Below are positions 9,366 through 22,481 of a stretch of DNA of 64,000 nucleotides, in pieces. Positions within the stretch are counted from its first letter, which is position 1. Each line of letters begins with the position of its first letter. The translations under genes and the position numbers were made by a program. Source of the DNA: Trichosphaerium sp. ATCC 40318 (taxonomy: Eukaryota; Protista; Tubulinea); assembly GCA_038496445.1 (NCBI GenBank), contig JALMLS010000578.1, positions 186,001 to 250,000 of the forward strand. Reading direction: 5' to 3'. The notes beneath the pieces are model-generated. The model was not told the origin of the DNA, did no database searches, and saw only the letters and a program-made list of their open reading frames with translations.

Positions 9366-12300
9366 TTAGTTTATTGATATCCGTGTATCTTTAATAGTCT
9401 GAATATTCCATGAATTATCAAGTTTATCAGTAGCAAATTGTGATCCTATTGCAGATATTGATAGTGGCTTATCAATGATATATTTATTAGCTACTTCTTT
9501 AAGATTGTCTACTGTTGTGTCCATAATACGTTTTCTGTATCTATTTTTGAAAAAAAAATTAACTTCAAATGCGTGACCAAGGCATCTAGTACGTACTGTT
9601 TCTGTAATTCCCATGTCCATTTATTGTAGTAGTCCTGATGACCAACTTCACAAGGTTGTAATGGAGCATTAAGGTCAGCAAAGATGCCAAACTTGGCTTC
9701 TCTCAAATTCTAAAAATCAATTAATAATTTGTAATGATTTGTTTTTACTCACCTCTTTGGATAAGCTTCTGTCCTTTTGTAGCCATTTTGAAGCGCCCTC
9801 GAAAACCTTTATTGTTTCTTCAATATGAGGATCACGATAAGAAAAGAAGCAGAGGTGTCCTGTATTAGCATGAATACCAGAACCATATGCACCTTCTTTT
9901 TCTCTAATTTGTTTATGAAGATAATCGTTACTCATTATTTCCTAAAGAAAACACGTGAATTCAATGAAAACAACACAATGTCACGTTGTAATAATAAATC
10001 TGATTCTAGGTATTTGTAATTGTTACGTACTGTTAGTACATGAAGCTTAGGAGAATCCGGATGTTCAAGAGGAGGTGGACAAGGAATAGCAGCAGCAATA
10101 TAATTTACATCAGAGTTAGGCACAGACATGAATGTTTTTTCAAGTTTCTTTGGTTGTATCGTTACAAGTGAAGATAAATCAGCAGGCTTGTACGTTGCTA
10201 ATAGCAAGAACAAAAAAGTAAGTCAACGAGAATAAAAAACATTATGACGAAAAAAAGTACTGCTTTTTTTAGCTTTTGTACTTACGTTTAACCTTGCCAA
10301 AGTATGTTTTAGCTATAAAGTTCTTAAGTTGCTTCTCTGTTTGATTACGAATTTTATCTTCTGTGTTGATAGCGAATGATATTGGATTATCTAATACAAG
10401 TGTGTAAGGAGAATGCAAACATCTAAAGGAATGCAAAAAAAACCAAACTAATTTGATACCTTGGAATACGTAGCATGCAATCGTTTCTAAAGCTTTTGCT
10501 ACCTCGGTGAGTTTATCCATTTCTGCAATATCCAATAAAAAGTCATAAGCTCCCATTCCATGCCATTCATTCCTTTGAGACAGGTTATTTTGATTCAAAT
10601 GAAAACACCTTGTGCATCCAACTCAAATCGAGTTTTGTTTTACGTACTCCAGGTAATGTCTATAACCAATATTCTTAGCAGCAAGTGTACTAGCACCACC
10701 ATGACCGGACATAAGCATATCTTCAAGGTAGTCATCGATATCTAAACGGAGGAACAAATGAGACTTTCAAACTCCAAAAAAGTAACAAACATTTGTAACT
10801 GTCAACTTACTTTGTAAAATGATGGTCCTGAGTCTATCAGTATTTTTAAAATCTGCTCCCTATTAAAAGTTAGAAATCACATAACGCAACATACAAACAA
10901 AGTTATAACATACATCCGATATGAGGCCTTGCCACAAGTCAAACATTTTCTGACAATTCTTTGAAAGAGCGTAAGAACTTAGGGTTATATGAGCGTCTGT
11001 GCTGTCGATCTCTAGACAATACGAAGTCAGATAACTTGATACTAATTAACGAATATCTCAACGCACGTCCAGGGTCTCCTGCTATGCGTGCAAAAGCCTT
11101 AAATCCACCTGTGTATGTCTCAAGTGCAGAATCGAACTCAGAATGTGCTAATTTCTTTGTACCCATATCTGTGAGTGTCTAAATGCACATACGCGGTTAA
11201 CAATCATACATCAATGCAAGGAACCATAAAATATTAAAAAATTCCGACAAGGAGGAACGCCAGAGGTAGCACAACAAAAATTTGTATGAAAGTAAATTAA
11301 GCTTACCGAACAAAAGAGAGGTATGTACTTCCAGAGGTCCAGAGGTACTCTATGGATTGGTACTGATGCTGTCATATATACAATGCCATTTGTAGGTTGT
11401 GCATTCCATTGAACAGGACAACCTAAAATAAAATTAACGAGAGCGCTCGGACAAAGAGTCGAAAAAAAAACTTACGTTCAATGTTAGTGTGTTCTATTTG
11501 GTACTTTGGATAAATAATGTTTATGTCGCTTAGTTTCAAAGAAGGTAATAAATTATCATTCTGTGGCATCCGTTGATGTGCTTTTAGTGCTTTCATATTA
11601 TCAACAACACGTTTTCTTTGCTTCTTTCTCAGTTTTTTCTGAAGCTTGTCTAATCTATCTTTTTCTCTTTTTTGAATACGCTCTAATTATAATCGTTTAG
11701 ATTCTCGATATGACAAGATTTGGTTATTCTGTAATTACCTGTGTACACCTTATCAGGTGTCATGTGCATCTCAATACGATGTTTGTTTGAAACAAACCAT
11801 TTTTTGACAAGGTTTGCGTAATAATCTGGATCCGCTTCAAGTGTCTTTTTGAATGTGTCTAGATGCTTTGGTTCAAGTAAATCTATTGGATCTCCTCCAT
11901 GTATCCATCGTGGTATCAAAGCAGAAACAAGGTTGATACCATCATTACCTGCCACGTGTTTCTAAGATATTGTTAGCAAAAGTTGTTCTTTTTGCTTTTT
12001 TTCTGAGAAAAGATGCATTCGTTTTTCTCTTACCATGGAGAGTTCATTTTGATGAAGGATAGCCTTGAGTCTGGATGTATCAATACCATCTTTACTGATG
12101 TTATGAAGCTCATCACAAACAATTTGAATAACCTACAAAGCTGGAAGTCAAAAATGGAAAACTATAAATCTAAAAAGTACCTTTTCTGAGTCACGTGCTC
12201 TTACACCTTGAACACCAGCAACGAAATTAGCTTCACGTATATCACTGTTATATCCGGCATTTGCAACAAAAGAGTGACCAATGTTCGTCTCAATCAAGCG

Positions 12301-14165
12301 TCGATACCTGAGCACAAAAATATGAGTACCAAAGATGGTAAGAAACATTACTTACAATGGACTGTTAGGACCATCCATAAGCAGTATGGAAAGTATTTTA
12401 AGACCAATAAAGTCTTGAATATCGCCAGTAATATTATTTTGAAGCCAAGCAACAGCAGCTTTTGTTTGTCTATCAGGATCGCCACCAGCTTAAGAAAAAC
12501 AACATCAGTAAACACACGTTTAGTTTTTTTCTAAACTTACGTTGCGGATGACAGATGATACGCATATCACGTGCATCATCCCAACGACGTTCATTTGGTA
12601 CATCAGTCTGAGGGTCTATTTTATCAAACTTGGAATATGCGTGTTCGTCAATGAACCTACAAGCAGAGGTTAGACGCAAAACATTGATTGTTTTAAACAT
12701 AAGGTACAAAAACTTAGAATAGACACAACATACGCTAGACGTGGAGCGAGTGGTAAGTCTCCGTATGTGAATGAGTAAGTATTGGATGGGTGGTAATGAA
12801 TTTCATGAAATTGAAGGAGTTGTTGGTGTGTTAAGCCAGGAATAATATCTGGATCACCTCTAAGGAACTAGCGTTAATTTTGCTTTGGTTTATGCATTTT
12901 ATAAGCAACTTACCCACTCATGTAATGGTAAGTAGTATCATGATACATGTATTCTTGCATTTTATCACTAAAGAACACGGAAGCGTCACCCTTAAAAGAA
13001 GAATGAGTGCCAATAAAACAATGTTGGAAATAAAAATGATTTGCATCTGTGGCTTACCACTAATCCTCGCATCTCACTGTATACAATTCCTTTTGTAAGT
13101 AAAGGAGACTCTTCTACATCTGTTGGATCAACAAACTCTAAGCGATGACCTTCTTGTAAGAAATCGAGTTCCTATTCCAATCAACGTTTCCTTCAAAAAA
13201 CAAAACAAAAAAGGAAGGCGATAGTTCTATTCACCACCTACCTTCAATAGTGGAAAGTATATTGCATCAAGTATGACAGACATAAGATTATAATAATCGC
13301 TTTCATTCTGACTACTGAAAGGGTACGAGGTATAGTCAGGTCCTGTAAAAAAAATTAATAACAAACTCGACTAGCAATGACATTATTCCGAAAATAATTT
13401 GTTTAAGGCTGCGTGTAGGTACCTGTCCAAGCGTTTAGGTATGTATTAAGTGATCTTTTACGCATTGGTGTCATTACATCACGTACAGGATACTTGTCAG
13501 AACCACAAAAAATCATATGTTCCAAAACCTATTTTATCAAAATTATTAGTTCGCCGATACCAGTATCCAACAAAAACGTACATGTGCAACACCATTTGAT
13601 GTGAGTGGTACAGTTTTTGTAGTCAAACTTAGAGATAGTTAGGTTCAAAGCAAGGCAACCAGAAAGTGTCAAAAATCAAAAACTTTTGATTAACGCCATA
13701 AGTTTGATAATACGCGTTAATACGCACCAGAATACATTGTCCATATTATCGTTTTCAATATGAAGGTGTTTAGCGCCTGTTTTCTTATGCTCCAAACTCC
13801 AAGCAATCATACCAGAGCGCTCTGGTATATCTCGGCGATCCTAAGGTAGTTTGTGAAAAATACGCAGTACATTGAAGCTTACTGTTACAATGAAACCTTC
13901 AACTTCATCTCCTACTTTATACGCCAGTTTGACGCGATCTATAATAGAATTGGCGCGTTTAGCTCATTTCTTACGCACCTTTTCCCCGTTTCTCACCAGC
14001 GCGCTCAGTTGGCTCTATTACGCCTGCTCTAGCTGTACCAGGTCTAGCATAAGAGTTTCTAACCAAGTCAGATAAATTGTACGTAATCTGAGTTTACCTA
14101 TGTTGGCGGTGCCTCGTTTGTGGTTGAGAGTGGCCTAAACGGGCGAGAGGCAACAACCGCAACAT
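9366..14165 (-). CDS. PITRM1: Mitochondrial presequence protease (peptidase M16C, PreP/Cym1), many exons
   Basis: Inverted zinc motif [72 protein letters not shown]. Arg/Leu-rich N-terminus [12 protein letters not shown] fits a transit peptide. Confidence 0.92.
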
Positions 14166-14484
14166 TTTGAGGTGAAAGATGAATTACGCAGTTTGACTTA
14201 TTGTACACGGGCTTTAATTTAAAAAATACACTAAAACAACACTCTCTTCTTGCTTTTTGGCAATTAGACAGAAACGAAAAAGTGTTTTAACAGTTTTACA
14301 TTACAACAGTATTTGAATGCAGCGTTTTGGTGCCTTTGGCGCCTTAGACGACTTTGATAGGCAGTTTGCGTGTGTTTGTAGGAAATGTACTTTTGCGTTT
14401 GGTTCAATGGGTGGTAGTAATAACATGATGTGTGGGTACGTGTCATTAATGGTAGTTTGGCCAATAAATGTCATTAGGGAAAAC

Positions 14485-14766
14485 ATGGCTGATGGAGGAC
14501 TTTCATTCCTTCCAGCGCCTGCTGAAACCCCAGCACGTTCGTTTCTTCCAGCCCCTGCTGAAACCCCAGCGCGTTCATTCCTTCCAACTCCTGCTCAAAA
14601 AACCTCAACACGTTCGTTCCTTCCAGCCCCTGCTCACAAAACCCCAGAACCTAAAGAGCCAGAAACAGAGGAGAAAGACGACAAAAAAGATACTGAGAGC
14701 GAAACGACATTACCCAACGCACAGAGCACAGCTGACGTCGAAAATACGGACACCAAACAAACCTAA
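14485..14766 (+). CDS. Small low-complexity protein with four (R)SFLPAPA repeats
   Basis: ORF 14317-14766 with a likely ATG at 14485. 36-39 bp tandem units at about 14500-14645, then an acidic tail. Confidence 0.5.
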   Translation: MADGGLSFLPAPAETPARSFLPAPAETPARSFLPTPAQKTSTRSFLPAPAHKTPEPKEPETEEKDDKKDTESETTLPNAQSTADVENTDTKQT

Positions 14767-15038
14767 GCGCCTGTACAGTAATTAAATGAAAGCAGAATTC
14801 AAGCAACGTGTGAACGTGGTAGGGGGGAAAGGTAAAGGTAACCAATGGTAAAACGGTGGGTTTTAACGGTTTAGCAAGTTGCAATAGGTGTTATCGGCGA
14901 AAGCGACGGGGAACTTGGATATTGCCTTATAGGGGACCTGTTGGAAGGCGGTTACGTAGCGTTGGTTAATCGTTTTTGGAAGAAATCAGCGTTTGAAGTC
15001 GGTCATCGGTAGTCACTTAATAATCTACTCGAACGCCT

Positions 15039-16112
15039 ATGTCAAACACTACAGATGTTGTTTTACGCAACCCAGTGTTTGCTTATACCGGTACAGTTAT
15101 TTATGCCACACTGGGTGTCATATTTGTAATTGCAGAAGTTGCAAAGACTCTATTACCGCGTACAAAGGTATGGTCTACCCTAGACGTACAAAAAAGAGCT
15201 TCACTGGTCGTTTATTTCGTTAGAATCGTAGTAGAGTCTATTGGATGTATGCTACTAACAGTAGCAGGTACGCCAGCTATTTAATTTATAATAGCTTGAA
15301 ACGAAAAGCTTTTTTTATTTATACACCACGTTCTTTATTGTGCAAACATGCGCTATTTATCCGTGCGTCGGTGTGGGCTGACATGCCTTTTTGAACAACG
15401 AATCGGAGTTTTTATTAAAATTGCGCTCAAATTAGCTTCACAACCTTGCAACTGCTTAAATACGCTTTATTGTTCGCTAAAGTAACTAGTTTTTACAATG
15501 CCTTGGACGTCACTTGATGGTACTGTACCAGAGGCTTCCCATCAAATAACATTTATGGTTGGTTGCGCTTTAATGACGCTGTTCGCGTCAGAGATCATCT
15601 ACAGGCATTTCACAGGTATGAGCGATAAAATAGCTGTTGTTGCACATCATGTTCCGTCTATTATCCTGTTCGTTATTTGTATGGAGTACTATTACAGTGT
15701 TACGTACCATAAGCTTTGTTTGATCTACGGATGGTTCGCTACAACTGAATTCTTCTCAACTGGATGTTTCCTTTACAAAAGATTCTATCCAAACAACAAG
15801 CGATTAATCGCAAGATTATTCACTTTCTTAGCTTTTGAAGAGATATCACATACTGTATTACATACTGCGTTTGTATATGCTTTCTTTGGGCTGAACTGGA
15901 AAGCTAAAGATTGGGATCTATGGCAGAAAATTGTGATGCTTCTCGTCTCAACTTTTTTTGCTATAATCCAAGCTTTCTTTGATACCAAGTACTGGGCTAT
16001 TGCAAAGAAACTAAGACAAGATGCTGATGCCAGCAAACACGTTTCTGGTTTGACTAATAGTGTGTCATTATCGTCTGATTACCAGGAGCAAGGTTCTTTA
16101 GAAGAGCAGTAA
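15039..16112 (+). CDS. TLC (TRAM/LAG1/CLN8)-like multi-pass membrane protein, 2 exons
   Basis: Several hydrophobic helices, HH motif (VVAHHV), a TE motif and a C-terminal Q...W pattern. Intron GTACGC...TAG at about 15268-15490. Confidence 0.65.
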
Positions 16113-16403
16113 AGTAATAACACGATACACGTCTTTTGTATTTTTTTGTAGATTAAGTAGTGTCAAGTGAGGATTCCAAGTTGCTTTGAAGTAATCTTCG
16201 CGGTGTCTGTGATGTTTAAAGTGAGATTTTTAAATCCAAGAGTTTCAGAAAGGGCTACACGTAGAGTGTACGCGTCTACGCAATCAAGAGCATTCTCAAG
16301 GCGTTTTTTGCACTTGAAAGGGCGACAGAGCGAGTACAAGCGTTACTTAACGCTAAACCAAGCTTATTTCATTTAAATTAGAGCAATATCTAGGGACCCA
16401 CTG

Positions 16404-19400
16404 ATGGACCTCAATTTTACCCTCTCTGAAGAAAGTTTGACAGCTGCAGTAAATGACAGCATTAACGAATTGTCTAAAGTAAGATAAAACATACGTTATT
16501 ATGCTAATAGACGTAGGCCATTGATGATATTGTAACTGGTGTACCTAAAAACGAGCGTAACTTTCTAAATACTGTACACGCGTTTGACGCCGCCAGAACG
16601 GCTGCATACAACAAACAGCTCCAAGCGACGTTTCTTGTACTCGTTTCTGGAGATAAACAAGTAAGAGAAGCCGCAAATGCTGGTAAAAAGAAGTACGCCG
16701 TCTTAAATCACCAGTGACGCGCTCACACAAGCATAGATACGAAGGGTTTGAAATTGGCGTATTCAGCCGCCAAGACTTATACCAGGTACAACCTACGTCC
16801 AATTACAATTGTTTAACTCAGCTGTCAACTGTTAACGTGTTTCAGGCTCTATCAGAATTCGCCGAAACATCGCCTAAACTATCTGAGGAACAACAACGCA
16901 CTCTAGACAAGTACATGCTAGACTTTAAAAGAAACGGATTAGGTAAGAAGTGTTTTTGGTTCAATCATTGATCTAAAACTATGCCCCAGCTCTGCCCAAA
17001 GCTTCACGTGAAGCAGTTCAGGCTCTAAAACGAGATATTTCTGCATTGTGCCTCGAGTATTGCCAAAACGTTTCAAACGACAAGACTGTACTATTCTTTA
17101 CAAAGGACGAGTTGGAAGGTGTACCAGGCATAGATGAACGCCTCAAAAAGGAAGAAAAAGATGGTGTGACTATGTATAAAGTCACGTAAGTGCACAAGTG
17201 TCTACTCAGTGAGTAGACAAATTCCATTAATCAAAATAATTCAGTGAAAATCTCAAACTTTTTTTTCGTTCTTCTTTTTCTGTACTTACTCGTTCACTAG
17301 AATGGCCTACACTGATATATTCCCAGTAATGCGTAATGCCAAAAAGACAGAAACGAGAAAAAAAGCTTACGAGGCGTTTGGAACCCGTTGTAAAGACAAC
17401 AATGTCGCTGTATTGAAGGACATAGTAACAAAACGTCAAGGTAAAACCTTTATTCCTTTTAAGTTTTTTTCTTCGAGAGATTATGTGACTAACGCCATTC
17501 TAGAACTTGCAGAGATTCTTGGATTTGATAGCGATGCTAGCTACCAACTAGATATCAAAATGGCTAAAACGACTGAAGGCGTTTTGTCTTTTCTTGAGAA
17601 TATGACAAAAGCTCTGGAACCATCCTTTAAAAAAGACTATGCTGACTTACTTGCTTTGAAAAAGAAGGATCACGTAAGCATAGACTCTACCAAAACGTTT
17701 ATTTTTCTCTTTAAAAAAAACACGTGAAAACTCACGTGTTTTTTAGCCTGAGGCGACTTGCTTGTATGCATATGATCGATTGTATTACCAAACAATTCAC
17801 ACTAAACAGCAGTATAGCGTTGATCATGAAGCTATAAGAGGTACCACCCTTCACACAAGGAGTTTGTTAAATCTTGTTTTTTTCTTAGTTTTTTGAATGA
17901 AAAAATATAAAACTAGTTTTGATATCACGTGTTCTTACATTGCTACTTAGAATATTTCCCGTTACCTCATGTCCTAAAAGAACTATTTAATATTTATCAA
18001 ACAATATTAAGCCTTAAATTCGTAGAAGCTAAACAAGACGACAACAATGTTTGGCACAAGGTAATATTACCTTATTGTGCTCACAGTTTTTTTAACTTAT
18101 TCTTCTCAACAGGATGTAAGAAAGTATAATGTATACGATAAAGAAACAAACGCCCACATGGGGGCATTTTACATGGACCTACACCCACGTGATGGTACGT
18201 ACTAACAACAAAAAAAAGCTACTACTTTTTTTTCTTGTTTTGTTCGCAATTTTTCTTTAACATTTGGAGTTCATAGGCAAGTTCACTCACGCTGCATGTT
18301 ATCCTATTGTTCTACCTTTTGTTGATACTTCTGGAACGCGTCATCCAGTTCATACATCTATTCTATGCAACATGACAAAACCACAAAAAGACAAACCATC
18401 CCTTCTTCTTTTCAGTGAAGTTGAAACAATTTTCCACGAGTTTGGTCACTTGATGCATTCCATTTGCTCTAAGAACTCTCATGGTCGCCTAAACTGGACT
18501 TGGTCTGCTGTAGAACAAGGTTTGTATTTTCATCATTATTAAAGCACGTGATACTCATGTGAGATTATTAGACTTCTTGGAAGTTCCGTCAATGATGTTA
18601 CAAAATTGGGTTTATGATAAATCAATCTTAAAAAAAATGAGCTGTCACTATAAGACTACTGACCCTCTACCTGATGAATTGATTAAAAAAATACAAGCTA
18701 CTAAAAATGTTCATGAAGCAACAGCATGGAGACGTACGGAAAAGAATTACAGACAACGTCCTCGATGAAAAATGATGAAAAGCTATTTTTTTTTTGAAAT
18801 TATTTGGATTTTTTTGTTTTGCTTTCTTTGTCGTATTGTTCATTAATGATTTTTTTTTTAGGTCTAATTTTTATGTCTCGGTTTGATATGGCTATACATA
18901 TGCCTGGATGTCGCGATGTAATGAAAGATCCAGAGCCAGTATGGCAGGATATAAAAAAAAAAGTAAGTTTTTGTTTCTATTTTATTTCGTTGATTGTAGT
19001 TGCTTTGTTCTCACAGTATTAGTGCTTCCCATATCTTGATGGAGATCTTAAACGAGTTTCTTATGCATCTTGGATGCATATGGCCAGCGGGTACGTATTT
19101 CTGTGATCGAGAGCCCACACAAGAGTTTTGAGAGCACTTTCATATATATATTTTTTTTTGTTGACCAAAATGTTGGTGTTGTTCCAAGTTTTTTTTTGAT
19201 TTTGTTCCCCAAGATATGATGCAGGATACTATGGTTACCTTTGGAGTGAGGTATTCGCAAAGGATTTGTTCACTCGATTCCAAAAAGAAGGTGTCTTAAA
19301 CACTAAAATTGGCAAACAATTCAGAGATGAAATATTGGCTCCTTGTGCTTTACGTGATGGAGGAGATATGTTAAAAGCATTTCTGGGCAGAGAACCAAGT

Positions 19401-19433
19401 AATGAAGCTTTTATTTCAGACATGACGTCGTAA
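16404..19433 (+). CDS. Peptidase M3A (thimet oligopeptidase/neurolysin-like), many exons
   Basis: FKRNGL, EYFPL, FYMDLHPRDGKFTHAA, LLFSEVETIFHEFGHLMH (HExxH), DFLEVPSMMLQNW, GYYGYLWSEVFAKDLF, FLGREP. Confidence 0.93.
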
Positions 19434-19554
19434 TAATCAAAGTAAATAAATAAACACTGTGTTCTAGACTTTTATTGTAGGCCTTGTATCAAGTAAAAAA
19501 TGCAAAAAGGTTTGAGTTTTCCTGTATTTTTCTTTGTCCCAAAAACTAAAACTG

Positions 19555-19588
19555 CTAACCGGTTATAGCCGTTTAGCGACCACGTCTA
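19555..19588 (-). mobile_element. Solo terminus of the TAGAGGTGGTC MITE family
   Basis: Reverse complement TAGACGTGGTCGCTAAACGGCTATAACCGGTTAG matches 32015-32048 TAGAGGTGGTCCCTAAACGGCTATAACCGGCTAA with few mismatches. Confidence 0.7.
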
Positions 19589-19865
19589 GGCAAGTGTGAT
19601 AACAAACACAACTAATGAAATAACAGTTGGTTGGTTTGTTGGAGTAGTTATCGGCAATTCAACATTTACGTAAATTCATTTGATCGACCTTGGTAGGATA
19701 ATAGCACGTTTATTAAAGGTTGCAGCAATCTACTTGAGACAGTCTTACATCCATTTACAACGTTTTATTAATCTTGTGGTAATCGTAATCAATGAAATGG
19801 TAGTGTTGTTGCGTGTTACAGTTGGGCATTTTGAAGAATTATTTTGTTCTTCAGTACTTTTTTGT

Positions 19866-22226
19866 TTACAGGTTAAAATAGGAGTGTAGATCTCGTATTT
19901 CGGATCTATCTATACTTGTTACCATTACTACCAGTCTACCCTTACATTTCCGACATCCATATTTCCATGGTGCACTAGTATTTATTGAAACATCACAGTC
20001 TTGACACTTGACATCTCCGCTTAAAAAAAGTTGTGTTAGCAGTTTTCTTATGTGCAGACATTCTTTGTTAACATCTAGGAAAGGAACTTCTTGTTTTCGT
20101 TTTGTGGTAGTTTTGTTCATACCTTGACTCTATATTGAGTAATTTTTTATGAGCGTCACATCCAGGAAATTCTATGTGGAAACAAACAGTACAACATACT
20201 ATGCAAAGAGGATTCCTAGCATGCCTTGCCAAGTGATTTCTTTCAGCAGCAGAAATTATTCCAATAGCTCCTACAACCTCACCTGACCTACAATACCTAC
20301 ATTGATGTCTCCAGAATCCTAAACAAAACACAAAACAACGTTAGCCAAGTGTTCAAAACCATAATTTCATGTTGAAGAGAAAAAAAGTTGTTTTTTGAAC
20401 TTTTTTTCTTGAAACCTCTCGAAACTTGTATGAAAAGCACGTGCCTTTTAAACCTGTATTTGTATCGCACTTTTGACATGAAAGATACTTTGTTGTATGT
20501 ATTGGAACATGTGCGTTAAATGATGAATCCCAACGAAGGGACGTCATAAAACCATGTGTATTACATCGAGGGAACTCTGTTTTGTTGCAATCAAGACAGT
20601 GCCATAAACCTATAACCCTTTCTAAACCAGTATCGCTTACTTTCAACGGTTGACTGGATTGCATAAAGCTGTAGTTTGTTACTGAAGGCGAACGAGTTCC
20701 GCTCTTAATTACTAAGTTGGGAGAACTTGTAGGTTGCTGGGGTTTTGTCCAAGATGTGGTCGTATTGGAACGTTGTACTGATGTATGAACTACTGTTGTG
20801 TTGTATCGTACATTAGCTGTTGTGGTTGGTTGATGAGCATGTGTCCAATTCATATTTGGGCTCTGACCTCTGGTTTGAAAAACTGTTGCGTTTTGTAGTG
20901 CATTTAATAGTTGCTGTGCAGGGTTACCTTTGGAATGTTGCCATGTGTGATTTGTGGTCTGGCTTGGTTGACCATTAGCATTTTGTTGAGTTTGTGTCCA
21001 TGATGTGGCTGTAAATACAAGTTGTTGTGGTGCTTGGATAGGTGTGACGGGTATTGGCTCTGGAGGTACACAATTCACTGTTGTTGATGCAGATTTGTTT
21101 GACTTATTTAGGCGACCTTCTTCTCTAACACCAAAGTTGCCTTTGCTGTCGTATAATATCTCTTCAGCTGGATCCCAAAACAAACTTGTTTGATTGACGT
21201 TCATACTTATTGGCTGTGCTCCTCTCCATGTACACCTTTCACACAACATGAATTTACATTTGGTACAAATGAATCTATTCACTAGGTTAGTGGAGTAGTA
21301 AACAAACCAAAATGGATGGTACCTGTTGCCACCAATATGGTCTTTCCCACTAAGGCACATTAAATAGTAGCAATCGCCAGAACATGACCACTTCTTTTTC
21401 GTAACTTCTTTAAATAGTTGGTGGTGTTGGTGAGATGGGTGATATATTGTTGTTACTCGAGTGACTCTTGACCGTAAATCAGCAAGCGTCGCCTAACTCA
21501 AAGTATAAGAAGAACATCGTCACACGTTTTTGTAAAATTATCTTCGAGTAGCAAAAACAGACTACAAGGGCAAGTCAAAACTAAGCCTCGTACGTTCAAC
21601 ACTAGGGCTTCTTGTGGTGGTCCAGGTATAGGTGTTTCACGTTTCACTATTGAGCCAATATTTGCACGTGCGCAAAAACTTATATTTTGTTCAACGTTCA
21701 GCATTAACCGATGAGCTACTTGAGACGCTGTAAATACTCTTATATAAGAACCTGGTACTGTCTGTGTCCCTTTTAATTCTCCTTGATAGTACAACGAAAA
21801 CTGAACTTTAACATTATCGTTGATAGGCCTTATCAATACTTAGTACGCGAGGAACGCGATAGCGGTGTAAGAAAATGAAAAGTATTTTGTTTTTTTTTTG
21901 TCACGTGTTTTTTGTACGTACAGCGCTAGCGTTATATCACAGGGAAACAGTGACGGATGGGCTTGATTTTCTGGTTTAATATCAAAGCGCCGTATTAATA
22001 TCAATGCACCATCCCCAGATAAAACTCTTACATCGAGGACCGGCGAGAATGATGCTTTAAACAAAAAGTCGGGTAAGTTTTGGGTTTAATTTGTTACGAA
22101 AAAAAAAAATTGTCATACGATTAACACCTGGTAGCTGGACCTCTGAAACTAAACACTTCGTTAATGCTAACCACTAAAAGCATAGTGTAACGAACAAAAG
22201 AACCAATACACTGTATGTGATGCCAT
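19866..22226 (-). CDS. Multi-exon Cys/His-rich protein: beta-rich (C2-like?) N-terminus, DC1/C1-like zinc domain, Q/T/P-rich linker and repeated CxxC modules
   Basis: HPSHQHHQL...WSCSGDC...RFICTKCKFMLCERC. Two copies of a C-x2-C-x3-EFP(R/G)C-x2-H module and several CxxC pairs. GT-AG introns link the ORF fragments. Confidence 0.55.
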
Positions 22227-22481
22227 AGTACTACAAAACGACAGAATAATCGAAAACAGACTCGATCGGTGTATTGTACAAAAAGGTAAACTTGACTTAT
22301 TAGGCTTATTTGACTTATTTGACTGTATATTCCGTATTTGGAATCCGTTGTGTCTTGCAAGGTTTGTGTTACGCTAGTTTATGATTAGTTTAAGCGTACT
22401 GACTACTTTGTAGCTCTGAAAACACTATTTGTTTAATAAACTTTGTCAACAGAAGCTAGAACGCTTGTATCGTAGCCCACC

